DNA of 64,000 nucleotides from an uncultured Chloroflexia bacterium (GCA_963711405.1 CAVQDZ010000004.1:264208-328207); one strand, 5' to 3'; counted from the first letter of the stretch, positions 28,014 through 38,218 are shown. Notes: a model not told the origin generated them from the letters alone. Numbers and translations are program-made.

Positions 28014-29114
28014 ATGAGCCGGTTCACGCGCGGCCTGCTGCCGCTCACCGTTGCCAACGTCAAGAGCTACTACCGCGACCGCTCGGCGCTGTTCTGGACG
28101 CTCGCCTTTCCGGTGATCTTCGTGGTCCTGTTCGGGTCGATCTTCTCCGGCGGACCGACGAAGTTCACGGTTGGCTGGGTGGACCTGGATCAGACGCCGG
28201 CGGCGACACGGCTGCGCGACGGCTTTGCCGGGGTGTCGCTGCTCGAGTTGAAGGACGCCACGCAGGACGATGCCCTGGCGCAAATGAACGACGGCAAGCT
28301 CGACGCGGTCATCGTTGTGCCGGCCGGTCTGGGCGCGGCCATGTCCGGCGCAAGTCCGTCGGGCACGCCATTCCAGCTCGTGCTGTACACGGACCCGAGC
28401 AAGCAATCTGCGAGCGGCACGATCCAGCAGATCGTCGGCCAGGTCGTTGGCAGCATCAACCAGACGCTGAGCGGCAAGCCACCGGCGCTCGGCGTTGAGC
28501 CACAGACGCTGCAGACGCAGAACCTGACCAGTGCTGCCTACTTCGTGCCAAGCATCCTGGCCATGGCGCTCATGCAGCTGGGCGTGTTCGCCGCGATCCC
28601 GCTCGTCGCACAGCGCGAGAAGCAGATCCTGAAGCGCCTGGGCGCCACTCCCCTGGCGCGCTCGACGCTCGTTGGCAGCAACGTCTTCATGCGCCTGCTC
28701 ATCGCGGTCGTGCAGACGGTGATCATCGTCGGCATCGGCGTGGCGTTATTCGGCGTGTCCGTCCTGCAACCTCTGGCGGTCGCCGCGCTGGTCATCCTTG
28801 GCGCAGTCACCTTCGTGTCGATCGGCTACGTCATCGCCTCGTATGCGCGCACAGAGGACTCGGCCAACACGCTCGCCAGCGTCGTCCAGTTTCCGCTCAT
28901 GTTCTTGTCCGGCATCTTCTTCCCGATCGCATTCATGCCCCAATGGCTTCAGCCGGTCGCGGCGCTGCTGCCGCTCACTTATCTGGGCGACGCTCTGCGC
29001 CAGACGATGGTCGGCGGCGCCGCCTACGCGCCGCTGTACGTCGACGTGCTGGTGCTTGCCGGCTGGCTGGTGGTGACGTTCCTGATCTCGGCGCGCTACT
29101 TCCGCTGGCAGTAG
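28014..29114 (+). CDS. ABC-2 type transporter permease
   Basis: An N-terminal TM helix, a roughly 150 aa extracytoplasmic loop, then five C-terminal TM helices. It follows the DrrA-like ATPase. Confidence 0.8.
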   Translation: MSRFTRGLLPLTVANVKSYYRDRSALFWTLAFPVIFVVLFGSIFSGGPTKFTVGWVDLDQTPAATRLRDGFAGVSLLELKDATQDDALAQMNDGKLDAVIVVPAGLGAAMSGASPSGTPFQLVLYTDPSKQSASGTIQQIVGQVVGSINQTLSGKPPALGVEPQTLQTQNLTSAAYFVPSILAMALMQLGVFAAIPLVAQREKQILKRLGATPLARSTLVGSNVFMRLLIAVVQTVIIVGIGVALFGVSVLQPLAVAALVILGAVTFVSIGYVIASYARTEDSANTLASVVQFPLMFLSGIFFPIAFMPQWLQPVAALLPLTYLGDALRQTMVGGAAYAPLYVDVLVLAGWLVVTFLISARYFRWQ

Positions 29115-29119
29115 CCGCA

Positions 29120-29848
29120 ATGGGCGACCGCGGCACGCTCTACTGCGGCACGAGCGGCTTCGCATATGCCGATTGGGCGCCGCTGTTCTACCCAGCCGGC
29201 ACCCGCGCCGACGCGCTGCTTTCCACATACGCCGGCCAGCTCAACACGGTCGAGCTGAACAACACCTTCTACCAGCACCCCAAACCAGAGCGCATCGCGG
29301 CGTGGCTGTCGCAGACGCCGGCGGAGTTCCGCTTCGTGGTCAAGGCGCAGCGCGGCGGAAGCATGCGCGCGTTTGGTGAGGCCGCCGCGCAAACGGTCGG
29401 CTGGCTGACCGCGCCGTACCGGTTGTTCGGGGAGCGCCTGGGCGCGGTCCTCTTCCGCGTGCCGGAGAACATCCATCGCGACGTCGGCAGGCTTCGGACG
29501 ATGCTCGAGGCGTGGCCAACCGACATGCCCCTCGTCGCTGAGTTCCAGCACGAGTCGTGGCACGACGACGAGGTCCACGACCTGCTGCCGCGCACACGCG
29601 ACGGCCTGTGTGCGACTGACCTTGACGATCGCGACGCGCCTGATTTGCGGCTGACGGGCAGCTCGATCTACCTTCGGCTGCGTCGGACCGGATACACCGA
29701 CGACGAGCTGGCCGCCTGGGCGGATCGGCTGGACGCGTTTCTCGCCGACGGCACCGACTGTTACGTCTTCCTGCGCCACGACGTGTCGGGCGCCTCGGCT
29801 TTGCGCGCAGTGCGCCTGCGCGAGATGCTCGGCGCGGAAGGCGCCTGA
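29120..29848 (+). CDS. DUF72 domain protein
   Basis: ATG 29120. GTSGFAYADW, LNTVELNNTFY, FRFVVKA and FEFRHxSW-like EFQHESW motifs of DUF72. Confidence 0.75.
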   Translation: MGDRGTLYCGTSGFAYADWAPLFYPAGTRADALLSTYAGQLNTVELNNTFYQHPKPERIAAWLSQTPAEFRFVVKAQRGGSMRAFGEAAAQTVGWLTAPYRLFGERLGAVLFRVPENIHRDVGRLRTMLEAWPTDMPLVAEFQHESWHDDEVHDLLPRTRDGLCATDLDDRDAPDLRLTGSSIYLRLRRTGYTDDELAAWADRLDAFLADGTDCYVFLRHDVSGASALRAVRLREMLGAEGA

Positions 29849-29856
29849 AAGAGAAA

Positions 29857-29887
29857 GGCCGCGCGGCCCTTGCGGGTCCGCGCGGCC
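29857..29887. terminator. Bidirectional intrinsic-terminator-like hairpin between convergent genes
   Basis: Perfect 10-bp GC stem: GGCCGCGCGG (29857-29866), an 11-nt loop, then CCGCGCGGCC (29878-29887). It lies between the stops at 29848 (+) and 29923 (-). Confidence 0.55.
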
Positions 29888-29922
29888 TGTCGAGCTAGAC
29901 GATTTGGTGTGCTGAGCCAGTC

Positions 29923-30531
29923 TCAGCTGTAGACCACCTGCACGAGCAGCCAGCAGCCCGAGTCCCCAGTTGGCGTCGTATAACCACCGCCTGGCGCCAA
30001 GGGGGGCGTGAACAGGTAAATCTTCGATCCACCCGAATCGCAACGCAGCGTGCTTGTCTTGTTGGTCTCGATGCCGACGTAGTAGCCGGTCTTGACCGTC
30101 ATCGACGGGATGCTGATCTTGCGCACCGTGCAGCCACCGCCGTTGGTGCATGGGTCGGTCGGATAGCTGATCGTGCTACTTCGGCTGATGACCTTGAACT
30201 GCGACCCGCTCTTCTGCGCCAGAACGAGCTTGAACGAGCCACTGTGGCCGCCGATGATCTTGACCTTGTTGATCGTGCCGTTCTGCGGTGCCGTCAACGT
30301 TCCACCGCCATAGGCCTGGTTCAGGATCCAGGTGCACGAGTAGGTGCTGCTGCCACCGTCGATCTCGTGATCGCACAGCTGGCCGGGATATGCATTCGAC
30401 GGGAAGAGGCCGTTGGCCACCTTCGCGCCGAACTTGGTGTTGGAGGCGCTCACCGGCTGTGCGGCAAGTGCCAGCATGCCCAGCGCCGCCACGATCACGG
30501 CAAGGCGCCGGGCCCTCGATTTGGATCTCAC
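29923..30531 (-). CDS. Secreted hypothetical protein (Cys-containing, G/S/T-rich)
   Basis: Signal peptide MRSKSRARRLAVIVAALGMLALAAQPVSA, with AAAGAGGAGGG upstream. No motif I recognise. The gene looks less GC-rich than its neighbours. Confidence 0.55.
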   Translation of the reverse strand: MRSKSRARRLAVIVAALGMLALAAQPVSASNTKFGAKVANGLFPSNAYPGQLCDHEIDGGSSTYSCTWILNQAYGGGTLTAPQNGTINKVKIIGGHSGSFKLVLAQKSGSQFKVISRSSTISYPTDPCTNGGGCTVRKISIPSMTVKTGYYVGIETNKTSTLRCDSGGSKIYLFTPPLAPGGGYTTPTGDSGCWLLVQVVYS

Positions 30532-30650
30532 AATTGCGTCCCTCCTCTTTCCCTTCTGACCGGAGACCCCCGAAGCGCCGAGTATCAGCCCTCAGGCGAC
30601 CGGCGCAAGTACTTGATTCTGTTAACTCGTCGGCCACTGCGCCAATCTGG

Positions 30651-31635
30651 CTACATCCCGATCGGGTGCCAGACGGTCTTGATCTCGAGGAACGCGGCGA
30701 TCCACTCGGGGCGCTGTGCGCGCCCGTCGTCGAGCCAGTCGAAGCGCTCGTCGACGCCGCGCGGCGGCCGCGCCACGCGCTTGACGTTGTCGATGGCTGT
30801 CGTCTCGACCGCCGTGCGCATGTCGCGCGGCACGCCCCATGTGTCGAGCGCATTGACGTCCATGTGCGCGGCCACGATCGGGATGAGCTCGCGGCGCAGC
30901 CCGGTCAGGATGTTGATCACGCCTGGCGGCACGTCCGACGTGGCCAGTACCTCGCCGAGCGTCACCGCCGGAAGCGGCCGCGTTTCTGACGTGAGCACGA
31001 CCACGCTGTTGCCGCCAACGACGGCCGGTGCCACGCGCGATATCGAGACCCAGCAGTGACGATGACTCGGGCGCGACGATGCCCACGATGCCGGTCGGCT
31101 CGGGGATGCTGAAGTTGAAGTACGGAGCGCCCACCGGATTGACCGTGCCCAGCACCTGGCTGATCTTGTCGGCCCAGCCGGCGTACCAGACCCAGCGATC
31201 GATGGCGCGATCGACCTGCGCCGCGGCCGCGGCCGGCGTCAAGCCTTCGGCCGCGGCGACCTCTTCGACGAATTGCGCGCGGCGCCCTTCCATCAACTCT
31301 GCCACGCGGTAGAGCACCTGGCCGCGGTTCATCGCTGTCTTGCCCGACCAACCCGCCACGGCGCCGCGCGCCGTCCGGATCGCGTCGCGCACGTCCTTGC
31401 GCGATGAGCGCACGGCATTGGCCAACGGCGTGCCGTCGGGTGAGCGCACGATGTACGTGCGGCCCGACTCGGAGCGCGGGAATTGCCCGCCAACGTACAG
31501 CTTGTACGTCTTGCGCACGGGAATACGCGTCGGCATGGTCGCGGGCGCCGGGTCGGTGGCCAGCTTCCGATTTGACGTCGGCACAACGGCGGGCGTTTTG
31601 TGAGCGCGGCTGCTCGGACGCTTTGGTTCAGCCAT
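30651..31635 (-). pseudogene. Short aldehyde dehydrogenase-like protein (N-terminal/NAD-binding part only, no catalytic Cys segment); one +1 frame change as assembled
   Basis: YKLYVGGQF, WSGKTAMNRGQVLYRVAELM and IPEPTGIVGIVAPESSSLLGL, continuing in the next frame with APAVVGGNSVVVL..PPGVINILTG..AAHMDVNALD. The sequence ends without ELGGK or a Cys nucleophile motif. Shift near 31045. Confidence 0.65.
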
Positions 31636-31778
31636 CCGAGTGTCCGAATTTCGATTTCAAACCGGAAAGGTGCGGTCGGCGAGCCGGTGACAGGCGCTCG
31701 CTGGGCCGGGGTTGCCGATGTGACATCGGAAGTGGACCTCTCCGTCGCAAGCTCACTGGCTGTGCCACACCCGCCGAA

Positions 31779-32108
31779 CTAGTCGTTGCCATATTGCTTC
31801 GTCTCCGGTCGTTCGAGGAGCAAGGCGTAGGCGGGACCGTCGGGGGCGATCGGTCGGTGCTCCGTGCCCGCTGGGACGACGAAGATGTCGCCCGCCTTGA
31901 GCCCCACCGGTGCACCGCCATCCAGCTCGATGCGAAAGTTGCCCGACCAGCACAGGAAGAGCTCGTCCTCGTCGTGGTGGTGCCACGGAAACTCGCCATC
32001 GAGACGGGCGAGGCGTATGACATGTCCGTTGGCGGCGGCAAGCTCGACCGGCTGCCACGACTCCGTTATCGCCGCGGCGTGACCGCCGATCGAAACGATC
32101 GCACTCAT
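31779..32108 (-). CDS. Cupin domain protein
   Basis: 109 aa with the cupin metal motif region PWHHHDEDELFLCWSGNF and VVPAGTEHRP. Confidence 0.7.
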   Translation of the reverse strand: MSAIVSIGGHAAAITESWQPVELAAANGHVIRLARLDGEFPWHHHDEDELFLCWSGNFRIELDGGAPVGLKAGDIFVVPAGTEHRPIAPDGPAYALLLERPETKQYGND

Positions 32109-32473
32109 GCCCGTGCCTCGAACAGCTCAACCGGGTTGCCGTCCGGGTCGTCGACGAGGATCTGCTTGCCGCCCGGGCCGCTGACGATGTCGTTGCGCAG
32201 CGCGACGCCCGCTGCGCGCAGGGCATCTACCAGGGCGGCCAGGTCGTCGACCTCAAGCACGAAGCGGTTCCAGCCTCCCGGCTGTGGCGTCCGACCGTCA
32301 GGCATCGCCCGCGCGGCGGAGCTTGCCGGGCCGGCCAGCCACAGGTCCAGATCGCCGCGCCGCAGTGCCGCAAACGCGGGCAGCATCTCCGTCCTCGACT
32401 CGAAGCCCAAATGGTCGACGTAGAAGCTCACCGCGCGCGCAACATCTGAAACGAGGTAGCGCACCGTCGCCAT
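32105..32473 (-). CDS. VOC (glyoxalase/bleomycin resistance) family protein
   Basis: ATG 32473. 122 aa (MATVRYLVSDVARAVSFYVDHLGF..DPDGNPVELFE). Overlaps the cupin start by 4 nt and the upstream ALDH stop by 1 nt. The remainder of ORF 32105..33049 is discounted. Confidence 0.75.
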   Translation of the reverse strand: MATVRYLVSDVARAVSFYVDHLGFESRTEMLPAFAALRRGDLDLWLAGPASSAARAMPDGRTPQPGGWNRFVLEVDDLAALVDALRAAGVALRNDIVSGPGGKQILVDDPDGNPVELFEARA

Positions 32474-34038
32474 CAGTGGCCGCCGCCCAGGTCGAGATAG
32501 GCCAGCAGGCCGTGCAGGCCGCCCTCGCGGCCGAAGCCGGACTCCTTGTAGCCACCGAATGGCGAGGTGGGATCGAAGCGATTGAACGTGTTCGCCCAGA
32601 CGACGCCGGCGCGCAGCTTGCTGACCATGTCCAGGATGCGGCTGCCCTTCTCCGTCCACACGCCTGCCGACAGGCCGTAGGCGGTGTTGTTGGCCTTCTC
32701 GACCGCCTCTGCCGGTGTGCGGAAGGTGAGCACGGAGAGCACCGGCCCGAAGATCTCTTCCTGGGCAATGCGGCTCGACTGGGCAACGTTGGTGAACAGC
32801 GTCGGCCTGAAGAACCAGCCACGTGCCGGCAGATCGCAGGCCGGCTGGTAGATGTCGGCGCCCTCGGCAATGCCCGCCTCGACGAGCTCCTCGATCTTGG
32901 CCAGCTGGGCAGCGTTGTTGATCGCGCCGACGTCGGTGTTCTTGTCGAGCGGGTCGCCCACGCGCAGGGTCGACAGTCGGTCCTTCAGGCGTTCGATGAA
33001 CGGCTCGGCGATCGATTCCTGGACGAACAGCCGGCTGCCGGCGCAGCACACTTCGCCCTGGTTGAAGAAGATGCCGTTGACCACGCCCTCGATGGCCTGA
33101 TCGATTGGCGCGTCGTCGAAGACGATGTTGGCCGCCTTGCCGCCCAGCTCGAGCGTGAGCGCCTTGTCCGTGCCGGCGACGGCACGGCCGATCTCCTTGC
33201 CAACGGACGTTGAGCCGGTGAAGGCCACCTTGTCCACATCGGGATGCTTGACGAGGGCAAGGCCGATCTCACCTGGGCCGGTGATGATGTTGACGACGCC
33301 CGCGGGCAGGTCCGCCTGGCGGCACACGTCAGCGAAGAACAGCGCGCTGAGGGGCGTGGAGCTGGCCGGTTTGAGCACGACCGTGTTGCCCGCGGCCAGC
33401 GCCGGCGCGATCTTCCAGGCGAGCATGAGCAGCGGGAAGTTCCACGGGATGACCTGCGCGGCCACGCCGAGCGGCTGCGGATCGCGGTTGGGGAACGCGT
33501 ATTCGAGCTTGTCCGCCCAGCCTGCGTAGTACCAGAAATGGGCCGCGGCGAGGGGCACGTCGACGTCGCGCGACTCCTTGATGGGCTTGCCACCGTCGAG
33601 CGACTCGAGCACGGCGAACTCTCGGCTGCGCTCCTGGAGGATGCGCGCGATGCGGAACAGGTACTTGGCCCGCTCACTGCCGGGCAGCGTGCTCCATGAG
33701 CGCTTGAATGCGCGGCGCGCGGCGCCCACCGCTTGGTCGACATCCTCCACGGTGGCGCGCGCGATCTCCGCGAGCGGCTCCTCAGTTGACGGATCAACCG
33801 TCGTGAACCACTGGCCGCTGCGCGGCGCGACCTCCTTGCCACCGATGAACAGCCCATAGCGCGACTTGAGCTGGACGACGTCACGCGACTCGGGTGCCGG
33901 CGCGTAGTCCCACGGTATGTGCTGCCCGTCGCCAAGCCCCCAGGTGCTTGGCGACGGCGTGCCGCGGCCGACATCCACTGACTTGGGCCGCAGGATCGCG
34001 CGTGGTTCGCCGCTGCTGGCAGTTCGCTTGGTGGCCAT
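32473..34038 (-). CDS. Aldehyde dehydrogenase (NAD(P)+), full length
   Basis: WNFPLLM, FTGSTSVGK, LELGGKA and catalytic Cys in FFNQGEVCCAGSR, plus EEIFGPV. About 50 aa N-terminal extension. Confidence 0.9.
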   Translation of the reverse strand: MATKRTASSGEPRAILRPKSVDVGRGTPSPSTWGLGDGQHIPWDYAPAPESRDVVQLKSRYGLFIGGKEVAPRSGQWFTTVDPSTEEPLAEIARATVEDVDQAVGAARRAFKRSWSTLPGSERAKYLFRIARILQERSREFAVLESLDGGKPIKESRDVDVPLAAAHFWYYAGWADKLEYAFPNRDPQPLGVAAQVIPWNFPLLMLAWKIAPALAAGNTVVLKPASSTPLSALFFADVCRQADLPAGVVNIITGPGEIGLALVKHPDVDKVAFTGSTSVGKEIGRAVAGTDKALTLELGGKAANIVFDDAPIDQAIEGVVNGIFFNQGEVCCAGSRLFVQESIAEPFIERLKDRLSTLRVGDPLDKNTDVGAINNAAQLAKIEELVEAGIAEGADIYQPACDLPARGWFFRPTLFTNVAQSSRIAQEEIFGPVLSVLTFRTPAEAVEKANNTAYGLSAGVWTEKGSRILDMVSKLRAGVVWANTFNRFDPTSPFGGYKESGFGREGGLHGLLAYLDLGGGH

Positions 34039-34117
34039 CTAGCTGCACATTACACCCGCGGTCTTCGAAATGCCACCTGTTGCGTGACTTTCCAGTCACT
34101 TGTTATACAGTGGCGGC

Positions 34118-34825
34118 GTGAAACGCCTGAACAATGCGCCTGAGCTGCTTGACGGTCCACTCGATCCGGACACACTCGCGGGCAACCTGCGCGATCTGAA
34201 GCGGGTCAATGCTCACCTTGGCGGCGCGCGACTTTCCCTGGACGCGATCCTGCCCTTCGGTCGCGGAGCAAGCGGCCATGCCCTGCTGCGCCTGCTCGAC
34301 GTTGGCACGGGTGCGGCCGACATCCCGCTCTCCCTCGTCCGCCACACCGCCAAGCGCAAGCCACGGCTGGAGATCACCGCCACCGACGTGCGCCCGGAGA
34401 TCGTGGCCTTTGCCGAGCAGACAGTGCGCGGAACGGACATCACGGTGCGGCTCGGCCATATCGAAGATGAAGCCGATGCGTCATTCGACATCGTTCACGC
34501 CTCGATGGTCGTGCACCATCTCGAACCGGTGGCGGCCGGTGAGCTGTTGACGCACATGCGCCGTGTGGCGCGCGTCGCGGTCGTGATCAACGATCTCGAC
34601 CGCGGTTGGCGCTGGCTGATCGGGGCGTGGCTGATGACTCGGCTGTTCACGCGCAATCGCTATACGCGCCACGACGCACCGCTTTCCGTTCACCGCGCGT
34701 ACTCGGCCGACGAGCTCGTCGACGTCGCCCACGAGGCCGGCCTGCGGCCCGTCGCGCACTACCGCGCGTGGCCCGGGTACCGCTACGCGATCGTGTTCAT
34801 CGCGGACACGCGCGACGGTGACTGA
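34118..34825 (+). CDS. Class I SAM-dependent methyltransferase
   Basis: GTG 34118 (or TTG 34100). Motif I LLDVGTGAADI, post-I ITATDV and FDIVHASMVVHHL. First gene of a six-gene overlapping operon. Confidence 0.75.
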   Translation: MKRLNNAPELLDGPLDPDTLAGNLRDLKRVNAHLGGARLSLDAILPFGRGASGHALLRLLDVGTGAADIPLSLVRHTAKRKPRLEITATDVRPEIVAFAEQTVRGTDITVRLGHIEDEADASFDIVHASMVVHHLEPVAAGELLTHMRRVARVAVVINDLDRGWRWLIGAWLMTRLFTRNRYTRHDAPLSVHRAYSADELVDVAHEAGLRPVAHYRAWPGYRYAIVFIADTRDGD

Positions 34826-36020
34826 GCAGTTCGATGTCGCGATCGTCGGCGGCGGGCCGGCCGGCGCGGCAACGGCCATCCGCCTGGCACGCGGCGGCTA
34901 TCGCGTGGTCGTGCTCGAGCGCCACGCCCACCCAGGCTGGCGGGCATGCGGCGTGTTCGCCTCGCCACTCGTGCGTTCGCGTCTGCGCGCCCTCGGCGTC
35001 CCAAACGTTGAGATGGACGCTCTCAGCAGGCCGATTGCGGCGATGGAGCTCGAATCGGAGGGCGCGAGCTGCCGACTCGAATATGGGCACGGGTTCGCAT
35101 GCGGGTTCGATCGCGTCAAGCTCGATGAGCGACTCCTGGAGCTTGCCCAGCGCGCCGGTGCAGAGATCCGGCGCGCGACGGTCGTGCGCGACGTGCGGCT
35201 CGGCAGCGGCGACGGCGCGAGCCAGGTGGTCGTCGCGTCGTCCCTGACGCCAGACGGGCCGCCACACGCAACGCTGACCGCCCGGGTCGTGGTCGGGGCC
35301 GACGGCGGCGGTTCCCGCGTCGCCCGCGCCGCGGGCGTGCTCAGCGAACGGAATTGGCTGGGTCGCGCCGGCATCACCTTCCACCTCGCCGACACCGACG
35401 CGCCGGCGCCAGGCTTGCCTGCCACCGCACGCTTCTTCTTCGGCAATGGCTGGTATGTCGGCATCGCACCGGTGCCGGCCGACCGCGTCAACATCGGCAT
35501 CGTCGTGCCCATCGGTCGCGTGCGCGAGGGCGCCTCAGCGATCGCCGACGAGGTCGTCCGCGACGTGGCTCGGCCGACCGATGGATGGCAGTCGAACGAG
35601 CGCACGGACGCGCTCCAGGTGGCGGGTCGGCTCGAGCACCATGTCGCCAAGGTCGCCGGCCACGGCTGGTTGCTCGTTGGCGACGCGACCGGCTTCATCG
35701 ATCCTCTGACCGGCGAAGGCATCCACCGAGCGCTCGTGACTGCTGAGTACGCCGCAGCTGCCATCCGCAAATGGCTCGCGGGAGACCGAGCGGGCCTGGC
35801 GGACTACGATCGACGGGTCAGGTCACGCTTTCGGGGCAAGAACGTGCTGTCGGTGGTGCTCCAAGGTTTCCTCGCCAACCCCAATGTGCGCGATTACGCG
35901 CTGCGCCGGCTGGAGCGCAACCCGGACCTGCGCGAGGTCCTGACCGGCGCGCTGACCGACCAGCTTCCGGCTTCGAGCGCTCTTGATCCACGCTTCATGG
36001 CCCGGTTGCTGGCACCGTGA
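34818..36020 (+). CDS. FAD-dependent oxidoreductase (geranylgeranyl reductase / UbiH-like flavoprotein family)
   Basis: DVAIVGGGPAGAATA dinucleotide fold, GADG and LLVGDATGFIDPLTGEGI motifs. Overlaps the upstream stop by 8 nt. Confidence 0.8.
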   Translation: MTEQFDVAIVGGGPAGAATAIRLARGGYRVVVLERHAHPGWRACGVFASPLVRSRLRALGVPNVEMDALSRPIAAMELESEGASCRLEYGHGFACGFDRVKLDERLLELAQRAGAEIRRATVVRDVRLGSGDGASQVVVASSLTPDGPPHATLTARVVVGADGGGSRVARAAGVLSERNWLGRAGITFHLADTDAPAPGLPATARFFFGNGWYVGIAPVPADRVNIGIVVPIGRVREGASAIADEVVRDVARPTDGWQSNERTDALQVAGRLEHHVAKVAGHGWLLVGDATGFIDPLTGEGIHRALVTAEYAAAAIRKWLAGDRAGLADYDRRVRSRFRGKNVLSVVLQGFLANPNVRDYALRRLERNPDLREVLTGALTDQLPASSALDPRFMARLLAP

Positions 36021-36481
36021 CCGACGAGCACGAGCGCGCGCCGACGACACGCGTCGCGGCGTACGCACTCGTAGTCAACGATCGGCGCGAGATCCTGCTC
36101 GTACGCATCTCTGCCGGCTACGCGGCAGTCGGCCAGTGGACGTTGCCTGGCGGCGGCTTGAACTTCGGTGAAGCGCCGGCGACGGGCTGTCTCCGCGAAC
36201 TCGAAGAGGAGACCGGCTATCGCGGCGAGATCGCCAAGATCGAGTTCGTTGACTCTTGGACACGTGGGCCGATCCCGGCCGAGGGATGGGGCCCGTTCCA
36301 CTCCATCCAGATCGTCTACAGCGCGCGTATCACGGGCGGGGAGCTGCGCCATGAGCGGGATGAGTCGACCGACATGGCGGCTTGGGTGCCGCTCGCGGAC
36401 GCGCGCGGACTGCCCATCGTGGAGCTCGTCGAGCACGCCATTGATCATTTGGAAGCAGGTCGGGTTGCGTTCGCGGATTGA
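36017..36481 (+). CDS. NUDIX hydrolase
   Basis: Nudix box GGGLNFGEAPATGCLRELEEETGY. A GTGA overlap joins it to the flavoprotein gene. Confidence 0.8.
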   Translation: MTDEHERAPTTRVAAYALVVNDRREILLVRISAGYAAVGQWTLPGGGLNFGEAPATGCLRELEEETGYRGEIAKIEFVDSWTRGPIPAEGWGPFHSIQIVYSARITGGELRHERDESTDMAAWVPLADARGLPIVELVEHAIDHLEAGRVAFAD

Positions 36482-36938
36482 GATCGACGTCGACGCCCAG
36501 GGTCGAAGGGTCTTCGATCTGGCGCGCGACGTCAGCCAGTGGCCAAAGCTTCTGCCGCATTATCGAAAGGTGACTGTTCTGTCACATGACGGCGACTTGG
36601 TCGTGGCGTCGATGCACGCGACGCGCAAGCTGGGCCCCCTCGGGATCCCGGTCAGGTGGCGATCGCGGACCTGGCCGGAGCAGGTCGACGCTGAGGACCT
36701 GCGGCTGCGCTTCGTTCACACCGGCGGCGCGACGCGCGGCATGGACGTCACCTGGCACATCACGCCGCGTGGCGCATCCGGCTCTCACGTGGCGATCGAG
36801 CACGACTTCGTCCGTCGACTGCCGCTCGTCGGATCTGAGCTGTTCCCGAAATTGGTCGACCGTCTGTTCGTGCGCCCGATCGCCGGGCGGACGCTGGCCA
36901 CTTTCAAGCGCCTCGCCGAGCAAGAGACGCAGGTATGA
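36465..36938 (+). CDS. SRPBCC (START/polyketide cyclase/COQ10-like) family protein
   Basis: IEIDVDAQGRRVFDLARDVSQWPKLLPHY..WRSRTW.. is typical of Polyketide_cyc2/COQ10-like proteins. The start is uncertain: TTG 36465 is the first plausible in-frame start. The stop overlaps the ketosynthase ATG (ATGA). Confidence 0.6.
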   Translation: MRSRIEIDVDAQGRRVFDLARDVSQWPKLLPHYRKVTVLSHDGDLVVASMHATRKLGPLGIPVRWRSRTWPEQVDAEDLRLRFVHTGGATRGMDVTWHITPRGASGSHVAIEHDFVRRLPLVGSELFPKLVDRLFVRPIAGRTLATFKRLAEQETQV

Positions 36939-38218
36939 GCGCCGCCTCCCGCGCGAGCTCTGAAAGGCGCGTATGGATCACCGGCATCGGCGTGATCACG
37001 GCAATCGGCATCGGCAAGGAGCCGTTCTGGGACGGCCTGCATGCGGGCAAATCACCGGTCAAGCGGATCGATCGGTTCGACCCCACACAGTTCCGCTCGC
37101 AGGTTGCCGCGCAGGTCGACCAATTCGATCCGACCGATCACATGGACGCCAAGACGGCACGCCAGACCGATCGCTTCAGCCAGTTCGCGCTCGCTGCGGG
37201 CAGGCTGGCGATCGAGGACGCAGGCCTGACGGTTGGTGCTGGTGGCAGTGCTCGGGCGGACCGCTTTGCGGTCTATATCGGCTCTGCGTTGGGCGGCATC
37301 GCCTACGCGGAGATGCAGCACGAGCGGTTCATGGAGCGCGGCATCCGCTCCGTGGCACCCAACCTGGCCCTGGCCGTGTTTGGCGGCGCCGCGCCGGCCA
37401 ACCTGGGAATTGCACTGGGCCTGCACGGCCCGATCCTGTCGACGGCCAACTCATGCGCCGCCGGCGCGGTGGCACTGGGTGAGGCGTTCCGGCTGATCCG
37501 CGCCGGCAACGCGGACGCGGCGCTGGCCGGCGGCGTGGAGGTGCCGCTCTCCCCTCTTGCGTTCGGTGCGTTCGACATCATTCGCGCTTTGAGCGACCGC
37601 CACAACGATGTGCCGACCAGCGCCGCGCGGCCCTTCGACGCCGACCGCGACGGCTTCGTGATGGGTGAAGGTGCGGCGCTGCTGACGCTCGAGGCCGCTG
37701 AAGTCGCGCAGCGCCGCGGTGCGACGCCATATGCCGAGCTGCGCGGTTATGGGGCCACGAGCGACGCATTCCACATGGTCCAGCCGCGGCCGGATGGCCG
37801 CCAAGCGGCGCGCGCAGCCCGGATCGCGCTGGCTGACGCGGGCATGAAGGCCGCGACGATCGACTACGTCAACGCCCACGCGTCGGCGACGCCGCTGGGC
37901 GATGGCGTTGAGGCGATGGCCATCGCCCGTGCCCTGGGACCACGCTCGCGCACAGTTCCCGTCAGTGGCACAAAGGCTTACTACGGCCACCCGCTGGGCG
38001 CGTCCGGCGCGATCGAAGCCTGTATCTGTGCGCTTGCCATCTCGCGCGGCTGGGCGCCCGGCACCGTCAATCTCGAAACGCCGGATGCGCAGGCAATTGA
38101 AGCGCTGCCCGGCCTGCTCAGCGCTCCATTTCAGGGCACGATACGCAACGTGCTCTCAACATCTTTCGGCTTTGGCGGGTTGAACGCGTCCCTGGCATTC
38201 TCCGCGGTCGATGGCTGA
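36935..38218 (+). CDS. Beta-ketoacyl synthase (KAS I/II, FabF/KS-alpha-like) with intact Cys-His-His triad
   Basis: RRVWITGIGVITAIG, active-site Cys in TANSCAAGAVA, His in VNAHASATPLGD and His in YYGHPLGASG. 427 aa. No ACP, CLF or acyltransferase gene is nearby. Confidence 0.85.
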   Translation: MSAASRASSERRVWITGIGVITAIGIGKEPFWDGLHAGKSPVKRIDRFDPTQFRSQVAAQVDQFDPTDHMDAKTARQTDRFSQFALAAGRLAIEDAGLTVGAGGSARADRFAVYIGSALGGIAYAEMQHERFMERGIRSVAPNLALAVFGGAAPANLGIALGLHGPILSTANSCAAGAVALGEAFRLIRAGNADAALAGGVEVPLSPLAFGAFDIIRALSDRHNDVPTSAARPFDADRDGFVMGEGAALLTLEAAEVAQRRGATPYAELRGYGATSDAFHMVQPRPDGRQAARAARIALADAGMKAATIDYVNAHASATPLGDGVEAMAIARALGPRSRTVPVSGTKAYYGHPLGASGAIEACICALAISRGWAPGTVNLETPDAQAIEALPGLLSAPFQGTIRNVLSTSFGFGGLNASLAFSAVDG

